DNA from: Cyanophora paradoxa CCMP329
Taxonomy: Eukaryota > Plantae > Glaucophyta
Assembly (NCBI GenBank): GCA_004431415.1
Contig: QPMI01000658.1
Location: forward strand, 62,001 to 126,000
Length of the DNA stretch: 64,000 nt
Reading direction: 5' to 3'
Shown here in pieces: positions 19,487 through 30,576 of the stretch; position 1 is the first letter of the stretch; the number at the start of each line of letters is the position of its first letter. Under the pieces are notes generated by a model. That model was not told the origin of the DNA and did not search any database. It saw only the letters and a program-made list of their open reading frames with translations. The translations under genes were made by a program, and so were the position numbers.

Positions 19487-22400
19487 ATGTCGTTTTTGAA
19501 TCCACGACCGGATATTCCGCAGGCTAAAGTTTCAGTCCCTGAGAAAGAGCCGATTGATCTGGTAAACCCAGAGATCAGAGGGTCGTTGAGAATTGAATTC
19601 AATGGGGATCGGGAGGATCCCATTAGTGGAACACCCAGCAGACCGGCCGCATTGCAGCTGGTAAATGTTGAGCCAGGAGATAATAAATTGGGAATCGATT
19701 TTCTGCTCGATGATAACGAGCGGAATAGGGTTGCAAGCATCCAAGCAACTCGCCAGATACCCAAAACAGTTAAATACAATCGAAGGAACATACCCAAATC
19801 CTTTGATAGGGGTCGATTGAATTTCTTTGTCCAGGATGAAACGGGTCACCAGAATGCAGCCCTTCGAATTTCGGATAATAGCACCCTAATTGCTGGTGTA
19901 TCAAATCGAAAGACAAAGGTTGAAATAGCCCACGATCTTTCAGCGAGCAATGTTTTTACGAGCAACCTGGAAGTGAACACAATCAAGGCAGGAACATTAT
20001 CGACAAGCAACCTTTTGACTTCTAATATTTCAGTAAATAGATTCGTAATCAAGGATGGCAGCTATGTTCCACCAATTGCAGAGGGGACCTTCACTGCAGA
20101 TTCAACAAAGCCCATGCTGGAGATTTACCAGGATGGAGAATTGGTGGGAGCGATTGGCTCAAATGCTCCAGTGGTTCGATCGATCGCCCTGGATAAAACC
20201 ACCATATCGATGGCAGAGGAGATCCCAGTATTCAACACAGAAAAGCAAGCGCTTCGAACTGGGCATTTGCATATCACAAGGGAGAACATAAACAATCTGC
20301 TGGGAGAGGATATTGTGAAAGAGTTTTTGAACTTCAAGCTAGCCAAAAATACGAAAGATACGAGCCAGGACACCACCCTCACTGCCCACAGCACCGAGAT
20401 TGCAGCCCTGCAATCCGAGATCAATACTTTATTCGCTGCAGATGGAGTTCTTGCGATCACATTGGCAAGCATTTTGGCAAAGAGGAACATTTACCCAGCA
20501 ACCGATAATAAGTATAGAATTGGTCTTTCCAATCTCAGGTGGATGGAAGTAAATGCAAACAAAGCAAATTTTAATAGCCTGACTCTCATCAACAATGCAG
20601 ATTCAAAAGCTACAATTACTTTCGATGGGAAGATTGGAACCCAAACCTATACGAACACAAAGAGTTTTACGAAGACTGAAACTGCCACCACTCAAATCCT
20701 CGGTATCTACATGGTAGCTTACCTTCCCCTCCAACCTATTCCTTTACATGGGCTGAATTTGGTATTACGGATCCAGCCGAGCTTCCAACTGCCACGATAT
20801 TCGATTTGACAGATTACTTTGATCAAACAAACACTGTTATCAACGATCAGGCATACATAACGAATGTTACAATGACAGGATTTGATGTGACTTTCAACAT
20901 GCCCATGCCTGAAATGGTAACCCCAATCACTAAAGTAGCAAATTCTGCCACATTCAAATTTAATGTAACTGCTGTACATAATGTTCCAATATACGGAGAA
21001 CCCTACATCAAAATAAATAGCAATATCCGGGCAGCAAGTATCTTCCCCCAAGATCAGAGCCGCACTCTAGGATCAGCATCCAGCAACTGGCAGAGTGTGT
21101 ACTCCAGCAATGTGAACACAAACAAAATCCTTATGACCAAAACCAACCTATCCACTATCAGCTCTGTAAACAGTTTTTTGGCGGATACAACTCCAAGCAT
21201 CTCATACCACAATCTGAAAGGTTCAAGCAATTTATCCCAAACAGGATCGAAGCAATTTGGTTATGCTGATCTACAGAGCTATAATATGAACAATCAATAC
21301 AGAGTGAATGGCACCCCTCCCCATGTGTATAATATTACTTTTGCCACCCCATTCCTATCAGCCCCCACAGTGACTTTACAGGATACAAATACATACTTCA
21401 AAGCAACAATTGTGAATGGAATAACCTATCCTGCTACAACAACCACATCCCCTTTCAGTGTGACTAATGTGACAAATACAGGATTCACATTGGTTGGCAC
21501 AACCACACTTCACCAAGACATAAATTTGTACCCTGCAGGTTTGTATTTCAATCAAGGCACCCCTCCTTACACAATCGGCTGGACAGCAGTGGGCAATGTA
21601 GCTCAATACACTCCAGAGGATCGCCTTCGGATCACTTATCCAGTTGACACAGATGCTCTCTTTGTCAAAACAATCAATGGGGCAGTCTTTGGGCAATCCG
21701 GTGGAAACACAGTGTTCACCACAAATATCACCAACACCAGCAATTATTTGACCTTTAATCCTGATAATCTCCGCACCCAGAACCTTGTGGTGGGCAGTAC
21801 TTTTGCTCAGAGAGAACAGACAATTACCGTAAAAGTTCCTTACCACTACAAATTAGAGAATCCAGTGAAGTATGGCTACCTTTATGACAAGAAATGGGCT
21901 GCGTTTGTACCTTACCAATCAGAGAGTGTTAACATGTCGTACCCAAGGGTGGACATTGATGCCAATCAATTTATGAATGTGAACTGGAAGGACTTTTTCA
22001 CCCTCCAGTCCTCCACAGATGGCCTGATGATTTATTACGATTACAAAAACAACACATTTGACAGCTTCTTTAATTCTTTCACGTTTAATGGATCCACAGG
22101 AACATTAGCAACCAAAAATCAAAATAGGTATATCCAAACAGACTTTGAATGGACACTGACATTTACATTGCGAGATAGGTACACACCCAATACCACTCTG
22201 CCCCTGGGAATGTGGAGCAGCTGCAATATTTATGTACAGAACACATTATCCGCCAATAAATTCTACGAGGGTGGATTCGCAAATGAAGGAACAAGACTGC
22301 TGTCTCGAAATGGTCTCCTACAGAGCTTTTCAGCAACCCCACTGCCCAGCTTGGTGAACAACAGCACATATGACACCACTTGCAATGTTTGGGTATGCCA

Positions 22401-22995
22401 TGGGATTGCCCATCCACCTGTGTCTACAGCCCTTTTCAATTACCTGCAGTCCAAGTATGGCACAATATCAGGAAGCGCAACCAGAGGGGCAGCAGATGCA
22501 CCTATTGTCTTTAAAAGCGGTTACACCCAGCCGTTCACTGCTGAAGGTGGCACAGGTGGACCCACTGACCCAACCAACCCAAAAGATGAACCCGATCCAA
22601 CAGACACCCCAACCAATCCAGATAATCCACCCTCAAAAGAAACACCTAAAACGACTGACCAACCAACCGGGGGTCCAGATATAGGTCGCATAGTTGGTAT
22701 CGTTATAGGCTCGCTAGCTGGTGGGGCTGGAGCTTTGTATGCGGTCTATATATTTTTGAGATTCGTGATTGCTGCAGGGTCAGCATTTGCAACAACCTCG
22801 GCAACTGTCACTGAAACAGCAGCTGGGGCTGTTGCTGTCCAAGCTACTGGGGCTGAGGGTACCACAGGCTCAATTATACGAAATGGCAGAGGACCCAAAA
22901 ACAAGGCACCATCAGGGGATGCACAGTTCATGAAAGAGATTGCGAGAAGAGAAGGTAGAGCAAGTAAGGATGAAACAATTCCAAATAATTTATAG
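19487..22995 (+). CDS. Fibre-like structural protein, about 1169 aa after a 1-nt frameshift correction near 20695, with C-terminal P/T-rich stalk and hydrophobic helix
   Basis: Phage-fibre motifs IYPATDNKYRIGLSNLRW and IFPQDQSRTLGSASSNWQSVY; gp53/H-lectin-like ITFATPFLSAPTV..VTNTGFTL..WTAVG; TM-like IVGIVIGSLAGGAGALYAVYIFL at 22690-22758. Adding one A joins the two ORFs into 3510 nt. Confidence 0.75.
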
Positions 22996-23010
22996 AAGCT
23001 TAATTATAAA

Positions 23011-26000
23011 ATGACCTCCATTACAACTCCGATTGCCATTGACACATATTTAGTAGAGGATCCTGCTATTCCATCCCACAATAACCAGCTGCTGCTCAAG
23101 TATGTTCCCCATATAGGAGGTCACTCAAATCTCTGGAATGATGCTTATCATGAGTTTGGGCATTTATATGACATTGATCAAGGGACAGGCTACATAGATG
23201 CTCTGGATGGTACAGTCTTTCGAACCTTGAACTCTAACGCAGAGGGTGGCTTTGCATTCCAATTCTGCTCGAATGTGTATATTCACCCAACTGATTACAT
23301 GCAGAATGTGTATGCTGGAAAAACAGCTGCCTATATATCCTCTGAAGCAGCAGAGTTCGATGTTCCTTTGGTTGCCAATACAATTGGAGCCTCAAGTATT
23401 TATTTGAGAAAGGAAGCTGTAGCAACGGAGCCTTGGACCTCAAATGTTATTAGAGGGCTGACCAATTCATTTGCTGACTCAAATGTTGCATTAGGCTGGC
23501 TGGCAGATTTTACCACTTCCAATGTCACAAAGGGTTGGCTGGCAGGCTACCTGCCATTGACAGGAGGAACTATAAGCGGAAACCTTAATATTACAGAGAA
23601 ACTAATGATGGGTTCCACATATCTTATGACAGAACCCATTGACTTCAATGTGTTTGACCCACTGAGCATTAGCGAATGCCTTCTTTACTTTAATGCCAGT
23701 AAGGAAACAAGGACAAAAACCAATAATGCCACCATTTGGCTTATGGACAACTTTGCGAAAGGGAACTATGTGGGTGGTTATAACAATTTCATTAATTACC
23801 TTATTGGAATTTCATCGTCTTTCAAATATTTAGCAACTGTGAACGAAATCAACAGCAAACCTGCATATGGATTTGAGCCAAATGGTGGTTGGCCGCATCA
23901 GTATATGGTACGTCCCGTTACTGGTTCATATGCGACCATAGATTTCACACAAGGAGTTACCATGTTATTTGTGGCAACAGGCTCTGGCGCCATTCCAAGT
24001 GGAACACATGAAGGCATCCTTCGATTCACTTCTCTTGACAATAATGAAACATGGACAGTCAGCAGACTGTATAGTATCTCCCCTACACCGAGCTATTACC
24101 TATATGTCACTAAGAATGATGGTACCTATGCCAGCATCAGCTCAGACTCAACAGTAAAGGTACGAATAACATTAGAGGAATGGACCAAATATACTCTATA
24201 TGATATCACCATCACTTCTACAACAGTCTCTGTTGGTGTTAATGGTGTCACAAGGGGAACTTTCACTGTCGCAGCAAATTCAAGGCTACCAAGTAATCAA
24301 GTAGAGTACATAGATGTGGGAACTGGTGATTCATCTTACTTTGCTTTCAGTCAAATGCTTTTCTATGCAAAAGCTTTGAGCCAGACAGACCTACAGAATT
24401 TAAGGTGGTACCTTCAGCTCTTCTACGGATTTCCTGTGAATATTCAAACACTTCCTAAAGACAATAGTAAACTTGTATTAAATGCATCGCGATTGAGAGT
24501 GACAGGATCCATTCAAGCAGCAAGTGTATCAGTTCCAACAGTAGGGGCAAAGACTGAGAAGACATTGGATCAAATAATTTCGCCAACCTACGAGGAATAT
24601 TACCAAGTAACAGGAGAAACAGATATTCCATCCCAGATCCCGAATTGTTTCTGGAAATGGAAGCCTCCCACCAACTTGGCAACAACAGGCACAACCATAT
24701 ACAATCAAGTTTCTTCTACACTGAGCAGCCTCTCGTCACCTGATTTATCCATTAATACAACCGTGGATATTCTTGGGGAAGCTTATGTTAGTGGCACTAA
24801 TATTTCCTACACAACTCCATTAACTACTGTGGAAGTTTCAGCAGGATTGACAGTGTTTGTTGTAGCGAGACCCACGTTCCACTTTGGATTTTGGGGAATC
24901 AAAGACGCAGACCCCATTACTCCAACAAGCTACAAGATTGGGATTCTGGCATATGATTCAGAGAGCCAAATGATGGATATTGGATTACATGAAAATCTTT
25001 TCAATGGAAATACACGTGGCTCTGGTACTGCTATTTTAACAGTCTCCACAGGATTACAGGCATGGAGCTACTATGATGTTACTGTTTCCAGCACTAATTT
25101 GGTTATAGGCATTCATGGGACAGATGTGGGAAGTTTTGAAGGCGACTACCTTCCTCCCAGTGGGAACCTTAGGTACGTCACCCCACCCTATTGGGGACAT
25201 CATGCAGAAACAATTGTTTTCAAAAGGGCATTATCAGCAGAAGAGAAGCAGACAGTCAGGTATCACATTCAGCAAAAGTATGGATTTCTTATCACTCAGC
25301 CACCCTTGGTGAGAGAGTACCTTTACCTTCCTTCATCCAATGTTGTCATTGAAAATCTCACTGTGAACTCAAACGTTTCGCTTCCCAATATTCCCACAAG
25401 CAATATAGTACTGGACTGGCTGGCTCCCAAGGCCGATTTAATTAGTGTTGAAGGTCTAATTGCCCCTCTCACATCATCAAACATAGTTCAGGGATGGCTT
25501 GCTCCCAAGGCTGATTTAAGTACTGTTGAAGGTCTTATTGCCCCTCTTACATCATCAAACACAGTTCAGGGGTGGCTTGTTCCGAAGGCAGATACAGCTA
25601 CTGTCAACACTTTGATAGCTCCACTCACATCATCAAACACAGTTCAGGGATGGCTTGCTCCCAAGGCTGATTTAAGTACTGTTGAAGGTCTTATTGCCCC
25701 TCTTACATCATCAAACACAGTTCAGGGGTGGCTTGCTCCCAAGGCTGATACAGCTACTGTGAATACTTTAATAGCTCCACTCACATCATCAAATGTAGTT
25801 CAGGGGTGGATTGCTCCCAAGGCTGATACAGCAACTGTCAATACTTTAATAGCTCCACTGACATCATCTAATGTGGTACAAGGCTGGTTGTCTGGCAAAG
25901 CAAACACCACAACTGTAAATACTCAAATAGCCCCTCTTACAGCTTCCAATGTTGTTCAAGGCTGGTTGGCTCCAAAGGCAGATACAACAACTGTCCAGAC

Positions 26001-29000
26001 TTGGTTAGCTTCCAAAGCTAACACATCTGCTCTTTCATCATATTTACCTCTAACAGGGGGCAGCATATCTGGCAACCTAATACTTTCAAGTAACATTTCA
26101 ACCCCTCTTATCACAATGGAAAAGGCAAAATTGCAGTGGATATATAAAACACTCTCACAAAAAACGCCTGACCCAATTGCAATTTCCGGGTGTATTTTCC
26201 ATTGGTATCCTGAGGAAACGGTAAATAGTCGTGTCTATACTCTCACAAACAGAGCAACAGGAGTTGATAGCATTGGAAATCTTACATGTGATGGAAGTAG
26301 GCCACACTATGTTGGAGAGAGCAGCTCCCAAATCCAAGGGAAGAAGTATATTTATTCAACAGGATGGGGAGGAACAGATAGGACATTACAAGCCCAAGTG
26401 AACAAAACCCTTTCTCCAACTTTCTTCCAAAACGGATTGAGTGTATTTATAGTCATGCGGATTGCCAATACTGGCGCAGATACAAACTATGCCCATCGCC
26501 ATTTCTATGCTACTAATGGTTTCTATGAAGATTTCCAGATTGGTCAGAATACTCCTACAAAAATTGGTGTAATCTGGAATTACGCGATAAATGGTTCTGT
26601 TTTGACATCCTGTTCATCTACATACAATACTTGGTGTATCATTGACCATGTGGCTACTGCTTCTGGAATAGTCTCGGCCATCAATGGACAAGAATATTCA
26701 CAAAGTAGTGGCAGTTGCCTTCCACTTTATAATATTACGAAACTCAGTGTACACCTTTTAGCTGCTGGATATACTGTGGATGCTTCGCATTATGTCGCAG
26801 AGGTAGCATGGTATAATAGGGCGCTCACAATTGATGAGAAAAAAGCAATAAGGCAAACTTTGACCCAAAAGTATGGTATCGCTATCACCAATCCAGCTCC
26901 AGTTTACAATGTTCAAGAATACTTATCAGTAGGTGGTGTTGATGTTCAAATTGACAATTTACAGGTCAACTCAAATGCAGTTATTCCAAACCACACAACC
27001 TCAAATGTAGTTCAAGGCTGGTTAGCCCCAAAGGCAGATTTAGCAGCAGTGAATACTTTAATTGCTCCTTTGACAGCCTCTAATGTAGTTCAAGGCTGGT
27101 TGGCCCCAAAGGCAGATTTAGCAGCAGTGAATACTTTGATAGCTCCTTTGACAGCCTCTAATGTAGTTCAAGGCTGGTTGGCTCCCAAGGCAGATACAGT
27201 AGCAGTTAATGATTTAATAGCTCCTTTGACAACCTCTAATGTAGTTCAAGGCTGGTTGGCTCCCAAGGCCGATATGTCTACTGTTCAAACTCTAATTGAG
27301 CCTTTGCCCAGTAGTAATGTAGTCCAAAGCTGGATAGCAGCAGTAGACACCACAGGCAGTATTCAGAATCTTACATCTTCTAATGTTGTTCAAGGGTGGC
27401 TGGGAGGAACTATAAATGCTTCTAATCTTCAAATAGGTGGGACAACAATACCAAAAGGTTATGATTTTGACCAATTAGATGTTGTATCAACAGATCGAAG
27501 CGCTAATAATTGGACTGTTACAGGATGGACAGGAAGAACAGGACAAACAGGATGCTACACAACACCACAAAATGATGAAGATTGCAGTGGTTGTTGGATG
27601 AGATGGGCTGTTCCCGCAGGTATGAAGTCGTTTTATATTCAACACATGCCATGGTATAATTGTAGATACTTTGATATCTATGGTCAGACAGTCAATAACA
27701 AACAGCACTTTCTAAAACGTGTGAACGCCTATCAAGGAATCCAGTCTGTGAATGAGGATGGAACACATAACAGTATATTATTCATCTCAATCAATTGTGA
27801 ATTCTACAAGTATATTTACGTCCAAGGAAAGAAAGGTCGCATTCATCTTACAGGTGTTTTCGGTTGGAGTAGACAGAGAGCAACAGATAATGAGATTGGA
27901 ATGGTAAGTTGGGACAATGTGTTTAGCAAACCGGATTTTGCAGCAACTTATGCAACAAAAGCAGAAGCGACCTATACATTAGGTAGTTTATTGACAGTGA
28001 ATTCTGTGGACTGGCACAAATCCACAGATAATATTCCAAGGTTTTGGCTTGGCAGTGGTAATACGACATACATACGGGGTTATGGAAATGGTGACGGTGT
28101 TTCTATTGAATTTAGAAACTCATCAGATACAGCCATTTTAAAATCCTATAATAATGGGAACCTTTGGGTAAATAATACTTTGTCTGTCCCTACTGTGAGC
28201 GCAACCACTGTAAGTGGAACAACTGTTACTGGAACAACAATTAATGCTACCACAAATCTTCAAATAAATGGAAACGCTGTTCCAAAGCTACACTCAAATG
28301 ATGCATATGTGGCGGGTAACTCGCCATATAATTATTCAGGAAGTTGGACTTTTGGAACAGGATCGGCTTGGGAACCCTATTTTAATTATGGTGGTTATGC
28401 TCATAACAGCGAAATTGATGACCAAACATCTACAGCTTGGATTGAATACAATATCCCTGATGGACTACATACAGGCACAGCATTTTTGACTCATCTACCT
28501 TGGAGTGGAACACGGATATTCGAAATTTGGGGGATCAATCGACAAGGAAACGCAATCTTCATTACAACCGTTAACAACTGGTTCCCATATGCCGGATCAG
28601 CAGATGGGAACCATAGTGGTGTGAATAATGTCCCCATTTTTCTTGGAAATCGATTTGTCAGAATTCGGATTCAGGCAAAAATCGGAAGAATTCACATTAT
28701 GGGTATAAGTTTCATGAAAATTTGGGTTGGGCATAGTTATGGTGGCCACACTGGATACATTGCTTGGGATAATATCTACCGAAAGCCAGACTTTGGGAAT
28801 TATACGAGCTTTGATGTGGTCTCAGGTTGGAATAGCGCAACTGTTTATTTGGTCGGAAGTTGGGGAACAGCTTGGAAGCCCACAAGTGACAACCCTGTGG
28901 AAGGGTGTTACAGCAATAATGTAGATGATGAAACTTCTGGCAACTACTTCCAAATGGAAGTTCCAAGTGGAATGCGAACCTGCCATGTTCAGTATATGTC

Positions 29001-29799
29001 TTGGACTAATGGAAGATACTTTGATATTGGAGGATACCGAAATGGACGTTGGCATCATATTATGCGTGTGAACTGTTACCAAAACGTTTCTAACAGTTAC
29101 GACAGCAACTGGCACGATGGCTTGGCTTGGACATCGTTCTTCTGCACAAACTTCTCACATGTAAGGTTTGTTGCCACAAAAGGTCGTTGTCACATTGGTA
29201 TGCTTGGCTGGACAAAAGAAGCTGGGAGAACAGCACCAGCAAACGGTATGATTAGTTGGGACAATGTATTTAGCAAACCAAACATCATAACAAGTCTACC
29301 AGCAACAGCTACATGGACAGAGGATATGTGGTTAATATCAGGAAGTAGTCAACGAGGTCGTTTCTATTTTCAAAGTACTGGAACAACTTACATGAGAGGA
29401 CATGGTGATACACCGATTGTGTTTAGAAATGAATACGATACCACAATAGCTTATTTCTATCACAGTGGGTGGGCGCAGATTACGGGTTATCTGTCAGAAG
29501 GAAGTGATAGAAGATACAAAACAGATATTAAGAAGATAACAGGCGCTCTTCCAGCATTAGAAAGATTAGACGGAGTTTCATTTAAAAGAATTGCTGATGA
29601 CAAAAAGAAGGTATGTTTAGGATTAATAGCACAAGATGTTCAGAAAGTATTCCCAGAATTGGTTTCAGAAGGGGTAGATGGTTATTTAGGTGTTCAGTAC
29701 ACAGGATTGGTCCCTGTATTAATTGAAGCTGTTAAAGAATTATCCCAGAAATGCAAGAGTTTGCAAGATCAAATCGATCAATTAAAAAATGTGACATGA
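23011..29799 (+). CDS. Giant fibre protein (2262 aa) with LamG/ConA-like domains, 26-aa repeats and a C-terminal peptidase S74 intramolecular chaperone
   Basis: YLPLTGG.ISGNL twice; SDRRYKTDI..GLIAQDVQKVFPELV..YTGLVPVLIEAVKEL from 29503; three domains ending ..ALS/T..; three domains ending WDN(V/I)(F/Y).KP. Confidence 0.9.
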   Translation: MTSITTPIAIDTYLVEDPAIPSHNNQLLLKYVPHIGGHSNLWNDAYHEFGHLYDIDQGTGYIDALDGTVFRTLNSNAEGGFAFQFCSNVYIHPTDYMQNVYAGKTAAYISSEAAEFDVPLVANTIGASSIYLRKEAVATEPWTSNVIRGLTNSFADSNVALGWLADFTTSNVTKGWLAGYLPLTGGTISGNLNITEKLMMGSTYLMTEPIDFNVFDPLSISECLLYFNASKETRTKTNNATIWLMDNFAKGNYVGGYNNFINYLIGISSSFKYLATVNEINSKPAYGFEPNGGWPHQYMVRPVTGSYATIDFTQGVTMLFVATGSGAIPSGTHEGILRFTSLDNNETWTVSRLYSISPTPSYYLYVTKNDGTYASISSDSTVKVRITLEEWTKYTLYDITITSTTVSVGVNGVTRGTFTVAANSRLPSNQVEYIDVGTGDSSYFAFSQMLFYAKALSQTDLQNLRWYLQLFYGFPVNIQTLPKDNSKLVLNASRLRVTGSIQAASVSVPTVGAKTEKTLDQIISPTYEEYYQVTGETDIPSQIPNCFWKWKPPTNLATTGTTIYNQVSSTLSSLSSPDLSINTTVDILGEAYVSGTNISYTTPLTTVEVSAGLTVFVVARPTFHFGFWGIKDADPITPTSYKIGILAYDSESQMMDIGLHENLFNGNTRGSGTAILTVSTGLQAWSYYDVTVSSTNLVIGIHGTDVGSFEGDYLPPSGNLRYVTPPYWGHHAETIVFKRALSAEEKQTVRYHIQQKYGFLITQPPLVREYLYLPSSNVVIENLTVNSNVSLPNIPTSNIVLDWLAPKADLISVEGLIAPLTSSNIVQGWLAPKADLSTVEGLIAPLTSSNTVQGWLVPKADTATVNTLIAPLTSSNTVQGWLAPKADLSTVEGLIAPLTSSNTVQGWLAPKADTATVNTLIAPLTSSNVVQGWIAPKADTATVNTLIAPLTSSNVVQGWLSGKANTTTVNTQIAPLTASNVVQGWLAPKADTTTVQTWLASKANTSALSSYLPLTGGSISGNLILSSNISTPLITMEKAKLQWIYKTLSQKTPDPIAISGCIFHWYPEETVNSRVYTLTNRATGVDSIGNLTCDGSRPHYVGESSSQIQGKKYIYSTGWGGTDRTLQAQVNKTLSPTFFQNGLSVFIVMRIANTGADTNYAHRHFYATNGFYEDFQIGQNTPTKIGVIWNYAINGSVLTSCSSTYNTWCIIDHVATASGIVSAINGQEYSQSSGSCLPLYNITKLSVHLLAAGYTVDASHYVAEVAWYNRALTIDEKKAIRQTLTQKYGIAITNPAPVYNVQEYLSVGGVDVQIDNLQVNSNAVIPNHTTSNVVQGWLAPKADLAAVNTLIAPLTASNVVQGWLAPKADLAAVNTLIAPLTASNVVQGWLAPKADTVAVNDLIAPLTTSNVVQGWLAPKADMSTVQTLIEPLPSSNVVQSWIAAVDTTGSIQNLTSSNVVQGWLGGTINASNLQIGGTTIPKGYDFDQLDVVSTDRSANNWTVTGWTGRTGQTGCYTTPQNDEDCSGCWMRWAVPAGMKSFYIQHMPWYNCRYFDIYGQTVNNKQHFLKRVNAYQGIQSVNEDGTHNSILFISINCEFYKYIYVQGKKGRIHLTGVFGWSRQRATDNEIGMVSWDNVFSKPDFAATYATKAEATYTLGSLLTVNSVDWHKSTDNIPRFWLGSGNTTYIRGYGNGDGVSIEFRNSSDTAILKSYNNGNLWVNNTLSVPTVSATTVSGTTVTGTTINATTNLQINGNAVPKLHSNDAYVAGNSPYNYSGSWTFGTGSAWEPYFNYGGYAHNSEIDDQTSTAWIEYNIPDGLHTGTAFLTHLPWSGTRIFEIWGINRQGNAIFITTVNNWFPYAGSADGNHSGVNNVPIFLGNRFVRIRIQAKIGRIHIMGISFMKIWVGHSYGGHTGYIAWDNIYRKPDFGNYTSFDVVSGWNSATVYLVGSWGTAWKPTSDNPVEGCYSNNVDDETSGNYFQMEVPSGMRTCHVQYMSWTNGRYFDIGGYRNGRWHHIMRVNCYQNVSNSYDSNWHDGLAWTSFFCTNFSHVRFVATKGRCHIGMLGWTKEAGRTAPANGMISWDNVFSKPNIITSLPATATWTEDMWLISGSSQRGRFYFQSTGTTYMRGHGDTPIVFRNEYDTTIAYFYHSGWAQITGYLSEGSDRRYKTDIKKITGALPALERLDGVSFKRIADDKKKVCLGLIAQDVQKVFPELVSEGVDGYLGVQYTGLVPVLIEAVKELSQKCKSLQDQIDQLKNVT
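25396..26020 (+). repeat. Coding tandem array 1, 78-bp units (TSSNxVQGWLAPKADxxxVxxLIAPL)
   Basis: About 8 units visible in DNA and protein. Confidence 0.9.
26998..27405 (+). repeat. Coding tandem array 2, 78-bp units
   Basis: About 5 units of the same family. Confidence 0.9.
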
Positions 29800-29805
29800 T
29801 AGTAA

Positions 29806-30117
29806 ATGGCGACCTATCCACTTGGTGGAACCCCAATGACAGGTGAACCTGTTTCACTGGCATTCGACTCAGCTACACTTGTAACTGCTTTGCAAACTAT
29901 TGAGAAATCCGTTCAGCAATTAAATAAGCTGAACTCAGTAGTTCATGATTATAAATACCTATTAATTAATGCAATTTCCCAATCTGCAACAGGTGATCCA
30001 GTTACAAAATATGAAGATCTTGATACCAAATACAAAAGTATGACATCGAATCTGTATGGATTAATGGAGGTTTACCAAGGATTGGGATCTAATCTAATTA
30101 CAGTGGCTAATGTATGA
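29806..30117 (+). CDS. Hypothetical helical protein (103 aa)
   Basis: ATG ORF 6 bp after the fibre gene. Confidence 0.7.
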   Translation: MATYPLGGTPMTGEPVSLAFDSATLVTALQTIEKSVQQLNKLNSVVHDYKYLLINAISQSATGDPVTKYEDLDTKYKSMTSNLYGLMEVYQGLGSNLITVANV

Positions 30118-30119
30118 AT

Positions 30120-30230
30120 AAAGGGAATTCCCCTTTTTTCTTACGATAGATCTACCGTAAGAATATCGAATACTGTTCGATATCCCCAAGGTAGATCTAT
30201 CGTTAAAAAAAGATATAGTATATCTTTTTT
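30120..30230 (+). terminator. Cluster of palindromes/hairpins after the last viral gene
   Basis: GGGAATTCCC; TTCTTACG..CGTAAGAA; ATATCGAA..TTCGATAT; AAAAAAGATATA-G-TATATCTTTTTT; 14-bp inverted pair 30143-30156/30190-30203. Confidence 0.55.
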
Positions 30231-30253
30231 CCGTATAGATACAATAGAATCTT

Positions 30254-30500
30254 ACAGTAAAACCACAGGGAGGGGGTCATGGGTAAAGAGAGAAAATGTG
30301 ATTTATCAATAAAGTCGAAAGATATATATGAGAGGCATAGGTAGGGGGTCATGGTTTTTGATCGAGGGTTGATGAAAAGTGAGCAATTTACGATTCCTAT
30401 CGGGCATTGGTAAGGAATCGATCGTAAATTGCTTTGATTATCGATGAGGTCTATTAATGCGATGCGGGGTTTTAACTGTGAGGTTCACTGCAAACCGACC
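30254..30500 (-). repeat. Right terminal inverted repeat (247 bp)
   Basis: Reverse complement of 1383-1629. Confidence 0.97.
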
Positions 30501-30576
30501 CAGGCTGACAGCCTACTTTGCTAGTGCTACAGCCTGGCAGAAACGCTGGCGGATATTCGTACCGTAGTACGTTTAC

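Larger units (their letters stand above)
1383..30500. mobile_element. Endogenous Polinton-like virus / virophage-like element, 29,118 bp, complete
   Basis: 247-bp TIRs enclose integrase, PolB-helicase, A32 ATPase, MCP, pentons and fibres. The core is markedly more AT-rich than the host flanks. Confidence 0.95.

Noticed and set aside
7249-22995. Programmed frameshifting or pseudogenisation of viral genes (breaks near 8788, 9930, 12970, 15918, 20695)
   Set aside because: All five are fixed by one extra base in a 3-4-nt homopolymer and no nonsense codons were seen. This is the signature of long-read error. The many frameshifts in the Gypsy element despite identical LTRs probably share this cause.
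25396-27405. CRISPR-like array or DGR template/variable repeats
   Set aside because: The units are in-frame 78-bp coding repeats without unique spacers or adenine-specific variation, and the nearby RTs are LINE and Gypsy types.
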